From: a virus | Taxonomy: Duplodnaviria; Caudoviricetes | IMG/VR virus record: IMGVR_UViG_3300037424_002166 | Location: 1-24,842 of that record | Length of the DNA: 24,842 nt | Strand: one strand, 5' to 3' | In this document: positions 15,971 through 24,470 of the stretch, piece by piece | Layout: every line of letters starts with the position of its first letter | Numbering within the stretch: the first letter of the stretch is position 1 | The notes under the pieces: generated by a model | Seen by the model: only the letters and a program-made list of their open reading frames with translations | What the model was told of the DNA's origin: nothing | Database searches by the model: none | Made by a program: the position numbers and the translations under genes

Positions 15971-16214
15971 TGGGTAGGGTCTCCTTTTGGGTAATCAGAT
16001 TGAATATGGATATGGGAACCGGCTTGCGCTGGGAGCCGGGACTCCCGGCGAGCACGATCTCTTTCGCCTGGACCAGTTTTTTGTAGTAATAAAAAACCGT
16101 GTCCGAACTGGGGATATTGGTCCGCCGCATGATGTAGCGGATTGTGGGGGGCACGCCGTAGCGGGCGTAGTGTCGTTGGACTGCTGCGAGCACGGCGGTT
16201 TCACGGGGGTTCAT
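15939..16214 (-). CDS. Stand-alone LexA-type winged-helix DNA-binding domain
   Basis: PRETAVL..V......GVPPTIR.I.....I.S...V....KKL LexA N-domain pattern; no peptidase domain. Confidence 0.75.
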   Translation of the reverse strand: MNPRETAVLAAVQRHYARYGVPPTIRYIMRRTNIPSSDTVFYYYKKLVQAKEIVLAGSPGSQRKPVPISIFNLITQKETLPNVTTRLEPTE

Positions 16215-16438
16215 TCGGGCCTATATGACTCCTTTCTCCCGGCGTGGTAAGCCAGGAGTGTTACTTTGGGTTCCTGTAGTTCAAGCAGGCGTTTGGCTGC
16301 GTGTAGCGCGGCCAGCCTGGCCGGGTGGGTAGTTTTGGCGATCATGGCTGCCAGTTCTTCCGGGGTATATTGCTGGGTCTGATAGCCTGGCTGCTTGATC
16401 TGTGCCTTGTTGCGTATGATTTGAATGTGGTGGAGCAT
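16211..16438 (-). CDS. Hypothetical protein (start re-assigned)
   Basis: AAGGA RBS before ATG 16438. Confidence 0.6.
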   Translation of the reverse strand: MLHHIQIIRNKAQIKQPGYQTQQYTPEELAAMIAKTTHPARLAALHAAKRLLELQEPKVTLLAYHAGRKESYRPE

Positions 16439-16449
16439 GGTGTCAGTCC

Positions 16450-16587
16450 TTATTTGAGTATGTTGGAAATAGCCAGGATACGAACCACTGCAAGGATCAG
16501 TACTACGATCATGAAGCCAATTACCACTGCTTCGCATCCTGGTCCGCTTGCCTTGAAATGAAGGATTGGTTTTTTTTCGTTACTCAT
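16450..16587 (-). CDS. 45-aa single-TM peptide (not in ORF track)
   Basis: MSNEKKPILHFKASGPGCEAVVIGFMIVVLILAVVRILAISNILK; fills operon gap exactly. Confidence 0.6.
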   Translation of the reverse strand: MSNEKKPILHFKASGPGCEAVVIGFMIVVLILAVVRILAISNILK

Positions 16588-16591
16588 GGCA

Positions 16592-16774
16592 TCACCTGAC
16601 GATCTGTGCGATGACGGCGATTACTGAACTTCCTGCCAGAATGAGCTTGACCACTTTGCCGATGTTGATCGACTCTTGGGTTTTGCTGTCGCCGATTTCG
16701 ATTTCCTCGCCAATCTTGCGGTTGTGATTGGTCGATACCTTGACTTCGGTACCGATGGGAAGGGATTTAGACAT
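16592..16774 (-). CDS. Hypothetical protein, first gene of early operon
   Basis: AAAAGGAGACCCTACCA RBS. Confidence 0.65.
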   Translation of the reverse strand: MSKSLPIGTEVKVSTNHNRKIGEEIEIGDSKTQESINIGKVVKLILAGSSVIAVIAQIVR

Positions 16775-16986
16775 TGGTAGGGTCTCCTTTTCCCGCCGTG
16801 GCGGGACTTTGAAATAGTGTAGAATTGAGATGCAGTCGCCCGCTGGTCTCCTGTGGTAGGGTCTCTTAGCGGGTGACTGCGCGTTATGTCCCGCTGGTGC
16901 GGGACTTTGGCCGCGTTCCCGGCGCGGCTTTCTGTTATCAGGCTTGGGGGTCGTCCGAGCCTGGGATAACCTATGGAGATAAAAAA

Positions 16987-17811
16987 ATGGAAAAGGATGT
17001 AGGTGAGTTTCTGGCTTCGCACGCTTACAGCGAAGCCACGAAGGACTCTTATCGAAGAGTCTTTGCCCGGTTATTGGCCGGTCGAGACCTGCAAGGTCTG
17101 ACGGCGTCGGGGCTTGTGGAATTGGTTCAATCTCAGGGGTGGGGGAATAGTCAGCAGTGTCTTGCGGTGGCGGCTTGCCGGAAGTTTCTGCGATGGCGCT
17201 ATGGCCAGAGTCATCCGGCTTTATCGGCTAAGATCAAATCCCAGCGACCGAAGCCCCAGCGGGTGCTTACTCCTGAAAAGGCGCTCGACCTTCTAATGTG
17301 GTTTGATGCGTCGAACCCGAAGGGGGCGCGTGATCTGGCTCTTGCGGCTACGCTGTTGGATACAGGCCTGCGTGTGTCTGAGGTCTGCCGGTTACAGTTG
17401 GCCGATACGGATCTCGATCGGCATGTGCTTCAAGTGGTTGTCAAAGGTGGTCAGTGGGGGATTGGGATATTCTCGGACCAGACTACTGAATACATATTGG
17501 CTTGGCTCGCGCTTCGCCGGGCGAAGCCGGGCGAAGGGGCTTTGTTCGTGAGTACGCGCTCTGGCCGTAAGTTGACAAGGGAAGGGTTGCAGAGTATTGT
17601 TAAACAGTGGGGTCGGGCTATAGGTATCAAGCTCTCTCCTCACGATTTCCGACGTTCCTATGCTACTATTGCAACGGTGTTTGGTGCTCCTAGCCGGTTG
17701 ATCCAGCTTGGAGGGCGTTGGTCGTCGATAGGAATGGTTGAGCGTTATACACAGTCAGTTAGCCTGGAAGCTATCCGGCCCTACTTGCCGGTCAAAAACT
17801 TGACTGCATAA
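16987..17811 (+). CDS. int: Tyrosine recombinase / integrase (XerC-like, 274 aa)
   Basis: TGLRVSE, VKGG, PHDFRRSYAT, GRWSS, ERYT catalytic set; GGAG RBS before ATG 16987. Confidence 0.93.
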   Translation: MEKDVGEFLASHAYSEATKDSYRRVFARLLAGRDLQGLTASGLVELVQSQGWGNSQQCLAVAACRKFLRWRYGQSHPALSAKIKSQRPKPQRVLTPEKALDLLMWFDASNPKGARDLALAATLLDTGLRVSEVCRLQLADTDLDRHVLQVVVKGGQWGIGIFSDQTTEYILAWLALRRAKPGEGALFVSTRSGRKLTREGLQSIVKQWGRAIGIKLSPHDFRRSYATIATVFGAPSRLIQLGGRWSSIGMVERYTQSVSLEAIRPYLPVKNLTA

Positions 17812-17846
17812 GAAGATGTTGAGGGTTCGAAACCCTTCGCCCACCC
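17812..17846 (+). other. attP-like core: 3' part of a tRNA (His-like)
   Basis: GAGGG-TTCGAAA-CCCTT T-arm, CGCCCAC acceptor strand, C discriminator; no 5' half. Confidence 0.7.
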
Positions 17847-17952
17847 TGTACCCCTGAGAATGGGGCACTAGCTAGATTGTTAAGGTGCTACGATCACCTT
17901 TACGTCTGGCCGTACTGGAGCGGGCCGCTGGCTAGAGTGGCCCGCTTCGCGT

Positions 17953-18096
17953 TTAATGCCAGAATAGACTTAGGATAATGGCTGCCACGGCTGTGGCGAG
18001 TAGCCAGTCGGCCCACGAAGTGGGGCGGCTGGTCCCTTTCAAAAGGGACTTCCAAATGTTGGTTTTAATTGCTCTACGGGAGTGTATCGGGATCAA
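17953..18096 (-). CDS. Possible 47-aa TM peptide
   Basis: TTG start overlapping HTH gene end; WADWLLATAVAAIILSLFWH. Confidence 0.4.
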   Translation of the reverse strand: MIPIHSRRAIKTNIWKSLLKGTSRPTSWADWLLATAVAAIILSLFWH

Positions 18097-18292
18097 GGGG
18101 GCCTGTCTTTCGTTTCTCTTTGATGGCTTCGACGTCGGGGCGGGGGATGCGATAGGGGGAGTTCAGGGCGTCGGGGTCGAGCTTGTACGCGTTGGGGAAC
18201 TTCCCTTGCTTGACCCATAGTTGGAGTGTGCGATAGGATACCCCCAGTTCTTCGGCGGCTTCTAAGGTGGATAAATGTTCTACTTGGTTCAT
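18074..18292 (-). CDS. Excisionase-like / MerR-type HTH protein
   Basis: LSTLEAAEELGVSYRTLQLWVKQGKFP..YRIP..DVE. Confidence 0.85.
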   Translation of the reverse strand: MNQVEHLSTLEAAEELGVSYRTLQLWVKQGKFPNAYKLDPDALNSPYRIPRPDVEAIKEKRKTGPLDPDTLP

Positions 18293-18298
18293 GCCCGT

Positions 18299-18371
18299 AT
18301 TATACGCAATGTGCGCAATGTGTCAAGGTTTTTCTAGATGCCTTGACAGTACCGTTAGTTTGTGCGATACT
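18299..18371. promoter_or_regulatory. Back-to-back promoters
   Basis: Minus: TTGACA-16-TATAAT (18326-18299); plus: TTGACA-17-GATACT (18343-18371); CGCAATGTG x2 at 18305-18322. Confidence 0.8.
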
Positions 18372-18392
18372 GCCGGCAGGAGAACCTACCAC

Positions 18393-19106
18393 ATGACAGA
18401 TAAAATTCATTATCCTGGCGGCAAGGCTGGGGACGGCGTCTATCAGACGATCATCAACCAGATCCCGCCTCATGACTTATATATCGAGCCGTTTGCCGGT
18501 GGCTTTGCGATTGGCCGTCACAAGCGGCCAGCGGTCTCGAGCATCGCTATCGATGCCGATGGGCGCGCCTGTGAGACTCTGCGCGGGCTTGGCTTACCTG
18601 GTCTTACCGTCATCCATGGCGATGCGATATCACTTTTGCGGGACTCTGTTGCTCGGACCGGGAAGCAGTCAACGTTCGTCTACGCGGACCCTCCATACCT
18701 GCGGTCTGTGCGGTCGGACAAAAGCCGGATCTATGCACACGAGTTCTGGACCGATGTGCAGCACCGGGAGCTTTTGAACTTGCTCAAGTCCTTGGGCTGC
18801 ATGGTCATGATCTCTGGCTATTGGTCGGAGTTGTATGCTCAAGAGCTTTCGTCCTGGCGGACCGTATCATTCAATTCGGTGGTACGGTCCGGGGCGGTTC
18901 GCCGGGAGTGGCTCTGGATGAACTATCCCGAGCCGGTTGCGTTGCATGATTACGCCTTCATGGGGGATAATTATCGGGAGCGGGAGCGGATTAAGCGTAA
19001 GATGGTCCGTTGGCGGGAACGGCTGCGGAAGATGGATGTACTGGAGAGGCGCGCGATTTTGTGGGGGTTGCAAGAAGCGGGTATAATTGAATCAGTCCCC
19101 CGGTAG
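18393..19106 (+). CDS. DNA N6-adenine methyltransferase (Dam/D12 class), orphan
   Basis: YPGGK, YIEPFAGG, YADPPY, MISGY, EWLWMNY. Confidence 0.92.
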   Translation: MTDKIHYPGGKAGDGVYQTIINQIPPHDLYIEPFAGGFAIGRHKRPAVSSIAIDADGRACETLRGLGLPGLTVIHGDAISLLRDSVARTGKQSTFVYADPPYLRSVRSDKSRIYAHEFWTDVQHRELLNLLKSLGCMVMISGYWSELYAQELSSWRTVSFNSVVRSGAVRREWLWMNYPEPVALHDYAFMGDNYRERERIKRKMVRWRERLRKMDVLERRAILWGLQEAGIIESVPR

Positions 19107-19127
19107 TAGTTTCGACCAACCCGGTGC

Positions 19128-19158
19128 GCCGCCGCCTTCGGGCGGCGGCTGTGTTTTT
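19128..19158 (+). terminator. Intrinsic terminator
   Basis: GCCGCCGCC-TTCG-GGCGGCGGC then TGTGTTTTT. Confidence 0.75.
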
Positions 19159-19506
19159 GGGGTGGCCAGCACCGTCATTTTTGTTGGTGTCGGCGATCGT
19201 GTCATGTAGGTTGTTCCGCCGCCCGCCGCAAGGCTAGGGGCGGTGCGGCGCTGCCCATGTTCTGCCGCCTAGGGGTGGGGCGGCAATGGGCAGGCTTGAC
19301 GGGACTCTCTGGCTCTAAACAGGACTGGTCACTTAAGTGGCGCGTGCCTGCTGGTGTTGCCCAGCCAATCCCGAACCCGTCAGCCAGGCCAAGACCATCC
19401 GCATGACTGTACCCACTTCCAGCCTCGACCGCGAAAGCGAAGCCCGATAGGGCTTAACGAAATATTTTGGGCATGTCGCCCTCGCCGGTTCTGGCGGTAC
19501 GGTCCT

Positions 19507-19539
19507 AAAAAAATCCCCCGCCCATATCGGCGGGGGATT
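19507..19539 (-). terminator. Intrinsic terminator
   Basis: AATCCCCCGCC/GGCGGGGGATT stem with T run on minus strand, right after stop at 19544. Confidence 0.8.
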
Positions 19540-19543
19540 GTCT

Positions 19544-19708
19544 TTATTCTTGGCTCGGCTGCGGTTCCTTAGCCGGAATTGTAAGTGGGCCGATTCTCGC
19601 GCCTGGCTGGGCCTTTGCTGCGATGTCTGCGAGGATCTCGTCCTGCTGGGCCTCGGGGACTCCCTTGCGGGTCCATAGTTCGCGGAGTGCTTTCTCTGCG
19701 TCGGTCAC
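19544..19708 (-). CDS. 54-aa hypothetical (not in ORF track)
   Basis: AGGAG RBS, GTG start; MTDAEKALRELWTRKGVPEAQQDEILADIAAKAQPGARIGP. Confidence 0.7.
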   Translation of the reverse strand: MTDAEKALRELWTRKGVPEAQQDEILADIAAKAQPGARIGPLTIPAKEPQPSQE

Positions 19709-19713
19709 GGCTG

Positions 19714-20151
19714 CTACTCCTGGACTTTCTGGTCGGTTACGTATCCTTCCAGGTGCGGATGTTCTGGTGCTGTTGGCGATATTCTGAGCACAGCCTTTCC
19801 CTTGTGCTCTCCGACCTGGATCTTGATCTTCTTTCCGACCAGCTCGCCGACCGTCTGCGCTCCGGTGGATGCTTTGAGACTCTCCACGTCCACAGCGGCG
19901 GATAGCAGGTACCCGCGCGGGAATTCTGCGCCGCTCTTGGTCTTGAAGTAAAGAACGGGCTGAACCTTGATTGCTGGCTTGTGTGTGTGCGGGTCGATGT
20001 CACGGGGATTGGGGATGGTCTCCTCCTGGGTCATGCGTGAAATTTCTACGGTTACGCTTTGGACCTTCCAGCGTTCCAGCAGGTCGGCCACTTTGAGAAA
20101 GCGGGCCGGGTGCAGGTCGTCAAGTAGGGTATTGGCGGGGATGGTGGTCAT
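19714..20151 (-). CDS. Putative OB-fold ssDNA-binding protein
   Basis: P.RFLK.ADL, VTVEI, PVLYF, VGKKI pattern seen in phage replication/recombination proteins; function inferred. Confidence 0.55.
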   Translation of the reverse strand: MTTIPANTLLDDLHPARFLKVADLLERWKVQSVTVEISRMTQEETIPNPRDIDPHTHKPAIKVQPVLYFKTKSGAEFPRGYLLSAAVDVESLKASTGAQTVGELVGKKIKIQVGEHKGKAVLRISPTAPEHPHLEGYVTDQKVQE

Positions 20152-20154
20152 GGG

Positions 20155-20229
20155 TTACTCCTCTGTGATTGATTTCAAATAAGCTTCTTCCGCTGTGGTC
20201 GGGGTGGGGGTGAAGTATTGGTAATTCAT
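20155..20229 (-). CDS. 24-aa peptide or gene remnant
   Basis: AAAAGGACACCCTACC-ATG; MNYQYFTPTPTTAEEAYLKSITEE. Confidence 0.45.
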   Translation of the reverse strand: MNYQYFTPTPTTAEEAYLKSITEE

Positions 20230-20411
20230 GGTAGGGTGTCCTTTTTATCTTCCGGTTGCATCCGGGCATTTAAATCATCTTCTTTGATTTGTTGGAAACG
20301 GTCGCGGGCCATGTCGATCGTGGTGAAAAGACTGGCGAGCGCTTCGCGCAATTCGGCGCGTGCCTTTCGGCTGGCTTCGATCAGTTCGTCGGTGGTGAGT
20401 TGTTTAGGCAT
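20226..20411 (-). CDS. Hypothetical helical protein
   Basis: Overlapping start/stop coupling on both sides. Confidence 0.65.
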   Translation of the reverse strand: MPKQLTTDELIEASRKARAELREALASLFTTIDMARDRFQQIKEDDLNARMQPEDKKDTLP

Positions 20412-20742
20412 AACCGAGTTCCCCCATAATTACGGCTGTATCTACTCTGCGGGCTTGTGCTGCCGGGCGGGTGCGGGCCTCGACAAACAGCCAGACGGCC
20501 AGCCGGTGCTTGCACACGTGCCCGCTCTTGGAATCGGGGCAGGTGCAGGTCCGGGCTTTTGTGTTGACGTGGTACCATCCGGCGCCATTGCTCGCGCGAA
20601 CATCGAATTCTCCCGCATTGCATCGGGCGTTATAAATCATACCGGGCTTGCTGGCAATCTCTACCGCTCGCTCTAAGCGGGCAGGATCTAGGGCGGGCCA
20701 TTTGGTAAGGGCTTCTTGGGCTAAGGTTTTGAAGGTGCTCAC
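20404..20742 (-). CDS. SWIM zinc-finger protein
   Basis: Y.V.....TCTCPD.....VCKHRLAV. Confidence 0.85.
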   Translation of the reverse strand: MSTFKTLAQEALTKWPALDPARLERAVEIASKPGMIYNARCNAGEFDVRASNGAGWYHVNTKARTCTCPDSKSGHVCKHRLAVWLFVEARTRPAAQARRVDTAVIMGELGYA

Positions 20743-21032
20743 AATTGCACCTCGCTGTAAACCGAAGCAGGCAGGCTCTCAAGTAACCAGGGTGTAGCGG
20801 TGCGGGGACTGCCGAAACTCTCGAGCACCTCGCCGGTGAAGCCGTATTGCAGGCTTACATTTCGAATGTGTTTGAAATCAACGACCAGTGACGCAAGAGA
20901 ATTACGGGGTGTGATTATGGCCGTTTGGCTGGCTGCATAGGCTTCCTCGATTCGGCCTTCGTGCCAGCCGTTTGACCAAAACCAGCAAGATAGGATGATA
21001 GGGGCGGATGTGGGGTTATCGGGGGGGAACAT
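20739..21032 (-). CDS. Hypothetical protein
   Basis: AAAAGGAGACCCTACCA RBS. Confidence 0.65.
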   Translation of the reverse strand: MFPPDNPTSAPIILSCWFWSNGWHEGRIEEAYAASQTAIITPRNSLASLVVDFKHIRNVSLQYGFTGEVLESFGSPRTATPWLLESLPASVYSEVQL

Positions 21033-21090
21033 TGGTAGGGTCTCCTTTTTTGTTTCCCTGCCCTAAGCGGGCAGGGGCTAGGGTGGGGGA

Positions 21091-21330
21091 TTACTTGTTA
21101 GGAAAAGACAATCTAGGCAGCCAAATAACTAAAGGGCAAGGCGGATGAGATGTGACAACATAGCCAGCATGGCGGACCAGGCGCCTGGCGGCTGCGAGGC
21201 GTGCGAGGTGCTCGCGGCTTGTGCTTTGTGCTTGCATTGTGGCAATTCCACCGTAATAACTGGGCGTGACGATTACGCCAAGAATGGCAAGTGATTGATT
21301 GAGAGATGGCGAGAAATAAGTAATTGACAT
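21091..21330 (-). CDS. Hypothetical protein
   Basis: GGAGG RBS. Confidence 0.6.
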   Translation of the reverse strand: MSITYFSPSLNQSLAILGVIVTPSYYGGIATMQAQSTSREHLARLAAARRLVRHAGYVVTSHPPCPLVIWLPRLSFPNK

Positions 21331-21345
21331 GGGACCTCCAAAGGA

Positions 21346-21876
21346 TTAGATTAAGCCAGCCTGCTCGGGCTGGAACTGCCAACAACCAAAGCCAGCGAAT
21401 GAGGAACGGACCCACTGGCCGGGGGTGGAAGGGATGGGAGCGGGGGGATAGGCTTGCACCCAAAAAGCAAAGACAGGGATGCCAGCCTTGACGGCCTCGC
21501 GCGCGACGGCTAAAGAGCCAGCACCAGGGGCAAAGAACACAGCAGCAGAACAACCAGCAAAGGCAGCTTTGGACCTGAGCAAATAACGGGCCTTGATGGG
21601 GACGGAAGGACCACCACCAGCAGCAACGCGAACACGAGCACCAGCGGAGCTGGCTGCTTGCACATGGCCAGGAGCCTGGGCTAATGCGGGCGCAACTGCG
21701 AAAACAACGAGAGACAATGGATAAAAACAGGCTGAAAAAGTGGCGACTTGCTGATCTGCCCCGAACTGGCAACCAACATGGATTGACGCGCCGGAAGAAA
21801 TAACGGCCTGTACCACCTGGGGCACCAGCTTGGACAGGGGGAGATTGCGGGAACCACCGAAATAAACGCTTGACAT
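21346..21876 (-). CDS. SLOG / DprA-like Rossmannoid protein
   Basis: VYFGGSR, HVGCQFGADQ, RYLLRS, FFAPGAGSLAVAREA..AGIPVF; start re-assigned to ATG 21876. Confidence 0.7.
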   Translation of the reverse strand: MSSVYFGGSRNLPLSKLVPQVVQAVISSGASIHVGCQFGADQQVATFSACFYPLSLVVFAVAPALAQAPGHVQAASSAGARVRVAAGGGPSVPIKARYLLRSKAAFAGCSAAVFFAPGAGSLAVAREAVKAGIPVFAFWVQAYPPAPIPSTPGQWVRSSFAGFGCWQFQPEQAGLI

Positions 21877-22952
21877 GATGACCTTGACCTTTGCCCGCTT
21901 GCGGGCTTGCTTAGATTGGCGGGGCTGAAAAACGCGCAGCCCAGTTTCCACTAAGCATGGCAAAAAGGCACAAGGCGGCGCTCTTGTTCGTTGCCGCCTG
22001 GCAAGGGGCAAGCGCGTTCTCACAAAACGGCGCGGGGAGTGAACCCCATGTTCTTAGGGGTGAACGGGCACAAGCCCCCCGTGCGCGTTTTTTGTGGCGC
22101 TTGCCCCGACTGCCTGCCATGCCCGGCCCCGCCCCGGTGTGCGAGTGGTGGGCTGACTAGGAATTGCCGCGCTCTTGTTCTTTGCGGCAAGGGCACGGAG
22201 GCCGCACCCCGCGCACCCGGATACCATGTAAGGCTTGTAGCTTTAAATGCTCTTATGCCGGACGCTCGTCCGGCTTCCTTTTTTGGCGCTCGTGCGCTTG
22301 TGGCTTTTGATCTTTATCGGTTGTGGCCGGGCGCACTTAATACAAGCCCGGCCACCTGTCGGGGAGAAGTGTGGGGGCGCTTTAAATACCAGCCCCCGCA
22401 TTTGTCGAAACGGTGATACTTTAGGGATGCCGTGGCGAGCCGATATGGGCGAGCCCTCCCGGCGTGTTTGCCGCCGTGCTGCGTAGTGAGTGTGGAGCCG
22501 AAGGGAGAGTAAGGAAGGCTGAATGTTCTGTTTCAGCCTGACTGAAATGACCGAAGGTGGAACACGAATGGAGCATTGGAGAGCTGCTTTAGGAAATGGG
22601 TAAAGGTATATCGAGCGGAGTTCGTATCTTCAAATCCCTTCCATACCGGCGTTGTTTTCGGGATTTCGCAGGCGTAGGCAACGCGCGCACGCGCGCGGGT
22701 GGCCGGTGCTCGTCCGGCCATGCCGGAGAACCCCGCCCCCCTGAGAGCGTTTCGACACACATTGCTAAACCCAAAGCCAGCCCCCCCGCTAGTGGGGGGC
22801 ATGGCTTGGGTTTTGGGGTGGGGGGTGTGCCACGCGGCAGGGGGGCGGGGTGGGCCTGCGAAATCCCGGCGCCGGTTGTTGGGGGGCGCAGGGGAGTACT
22901 CTCCCCGCTTGTTTGAGAGGCGCGTACTCGCGCTGGCGGAGCCGGCTAGATC

Positions 22953-22981
22953 TTGACAAGTAAGATCTGGTCTGTTAAATT
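22953..22981 (+). promoter_or_regulatory. Promoter for leaderless radical SAM mRNA
   Basis: TTGACA-17-TAAATT with extended TG, ATG 7 nt downstream. Confidence 0.75.
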
Positions 22982-22988
22982 TTCAGTT

Positions 22989-23975
22989 ATGAGAGTTTTG
23001 GTTGTTAATTGCTCGCCTGGTTACAATCTTGGTGCGAACAAGATCGCTAATTGGCATAGAGAATCGGGGAATGAAGTGGATTTCTATACAGGTGATCCTG
23101 GGATATTCTCTTATGGCTACGATCTGGTTTGTCTCTCTGTTATATTTTCTTGGCACGCCACAACTGCGCGTGACATTGCTTTGCGTGTAAAGGGGATTAG
23201 TGATGTTTGGTGTGGTGGGCCTGGTATGTTTGCTTTAGCGAACTGGTGGAAGAAAGAGACGGGTTTGGATTGCGTGCTTGGTTTAGATCAACGATTTGAA
23301 CACCAGGGCGGGAATTATAAAATGACTTTTGCTAGTCGGGGTTGTCCTGTGGGTTGCTGGTTTTGTATCGTTCCGAAATTAGAAGGCAAGGAATTTACTT
23401 TAAATTGGGATTTTCAGCCTGCTCCATTTTTGTGCGATAACAATCTGAGCGCTTTACCTGTTAAATTTCAAGAGCACGTCATTAGGCGTTTTCAAGAGAC
23501 TGGTACAAGGTTGCTTGATGCTAACTCTGGATTTGAGCCACGAACATTTGATGAGGGCACATATAGACGGTGGAAACCGATTATGCGCGGTCCCTGGCGT
23601 TTTGCCTTGGACATGATGAATGAGTTAGATGTTGTCTATCGAATGATGGCAATATTAAAAAATGAGCCGCGAAGTAAAAAGCGTGTGTATGTCTTGATTG
23701 GTAATGAGCCGATACAACAATGCTACGAGAGAATTGTTAAGGTGATTGAATGGGGTGGTGAGCCGCATTGTCAGCCTGTGATGTCCTTGCGAGCTTTAGA
23801 CAAAAGACCAATGGTTAAATATGATTGGACTGAGCAAAAACTCTTAGATATGGCGCGTTGGGCGACTCGTTGGCTTTGGCGGAAAGTTCCGTTATCTGAG
23901 TATAGCAATCGAAAGAATGAATTGTCGTTGTTTCGGGGGGATGGGTATTGTTCTTCCCTTCCTGGTGTTTTGTAA
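22989..23975 (+). CDS. Radical SAM protein with short B12-binding-like N-terminal domain
   Basis: SRGCPVGCWFCIVP CxxxCxxC; YNLGANKIANWH..GNEV, SVIFSW, GGPG, DNN, YVLIG. Confidence 0.88.
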   Translation: MRVLVVNCSPGYNLGANKIANWHRESGNEVDFYTGDPGIFSYGYDLVCLSVIFSWHATTARDIALRVKGISDVWCGGPGMFALANWWKKETGLDCVLGLDQRFEHQGGNYKMTFASRGCPVGCWFCIVPKLEGKEFTLNWDFQPAPFLCDNNLSALPVKFQEHVIRRFQETGTRLLDANSGFEPRTFDEGTYRRWKPIMRGPWRFALDMMNELDVVYRMMAILKNEPRSKKRVYVLIGNEPIQQCYERIVKVIEWGGEPHCQPVMSLRALDKRPMVKYDWTEQKLLDMARWATRWLWRKVPLSEYSNRKNELSLFRGDGYCSSLPGVL

Positions 23976-24470
23976 GTAGCTTGGTTGGTGGGATGTAGTG
24001 CCGGTGAGCGGGTGATTGGCCGCTGTCCAGGCTTGGGCTTTTAGTGGTGCTTGTCCACGGTGCGCGAGAGTGGAGGGAGCGTAGGGAAACAAGGCGCGGG
24101 CCTTAGCGCGTGGGTGTTCGCGCGGCCTGCCTGTTCGTTGGGCAGGCAAGGACCTGCGCCGCAGTTGACCGGAGCGGAAGGAACGGAAGCGCAAAAAGCC
24201 GATGCCTGCGGCCTTCGCTTTCCGTGCGCTGGCGGGCCGTAGGCCGCGCACGCGCTTGGCTGTTTTATAGATCTGCGAGCCTTTATGGCGAGCTTTGCTG
24301 TTTAGGGGATCGCCCGCGCTTCACGCGCGGTTTCGCTGAGCGCGCCCTACGCGCGAAGGGACTCGGCGGGCTTTGCCGAAACGAAGTTTGCTTGCGCCGT
24401 TCGCGGTGGGCGTACCGCGGCGCAAGCCAGTCGGATGTGCGGCGCGAGCCGGGATGTTGTGAGCGACGTC

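Noticed and set aside
16987-17811. Integron integrase acting on the attC-like sites
   Set aside because: Segment before HxxR is short, with no room for the IntI-specific insertion; adjacency to a tRNA fragment fits a phage integrase
17770-17850. Intact tRNA gene
   Set aside because: Only T-arm and 3' acceptor strand present; upstream is integrase coding sequence with no matching 5' acceptor strand or D-arm
18090-18102. Second +1 frameshift (CCC_CTT) adding a TM tail to the Xis-like HTH
   Set aside because: Downstream frame has its own TTG start at that spot, so no frameshift is needed
18393-19106. Restriction-modification system
   Set aside because: No cognate endonuclease nearby; orphan phage methyltransferases are common
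21113-21772. 219-aa Cys/Trp-rich ORF
   Set aside because: Alternative frame of the SLOG-like gene produced by skewed composition
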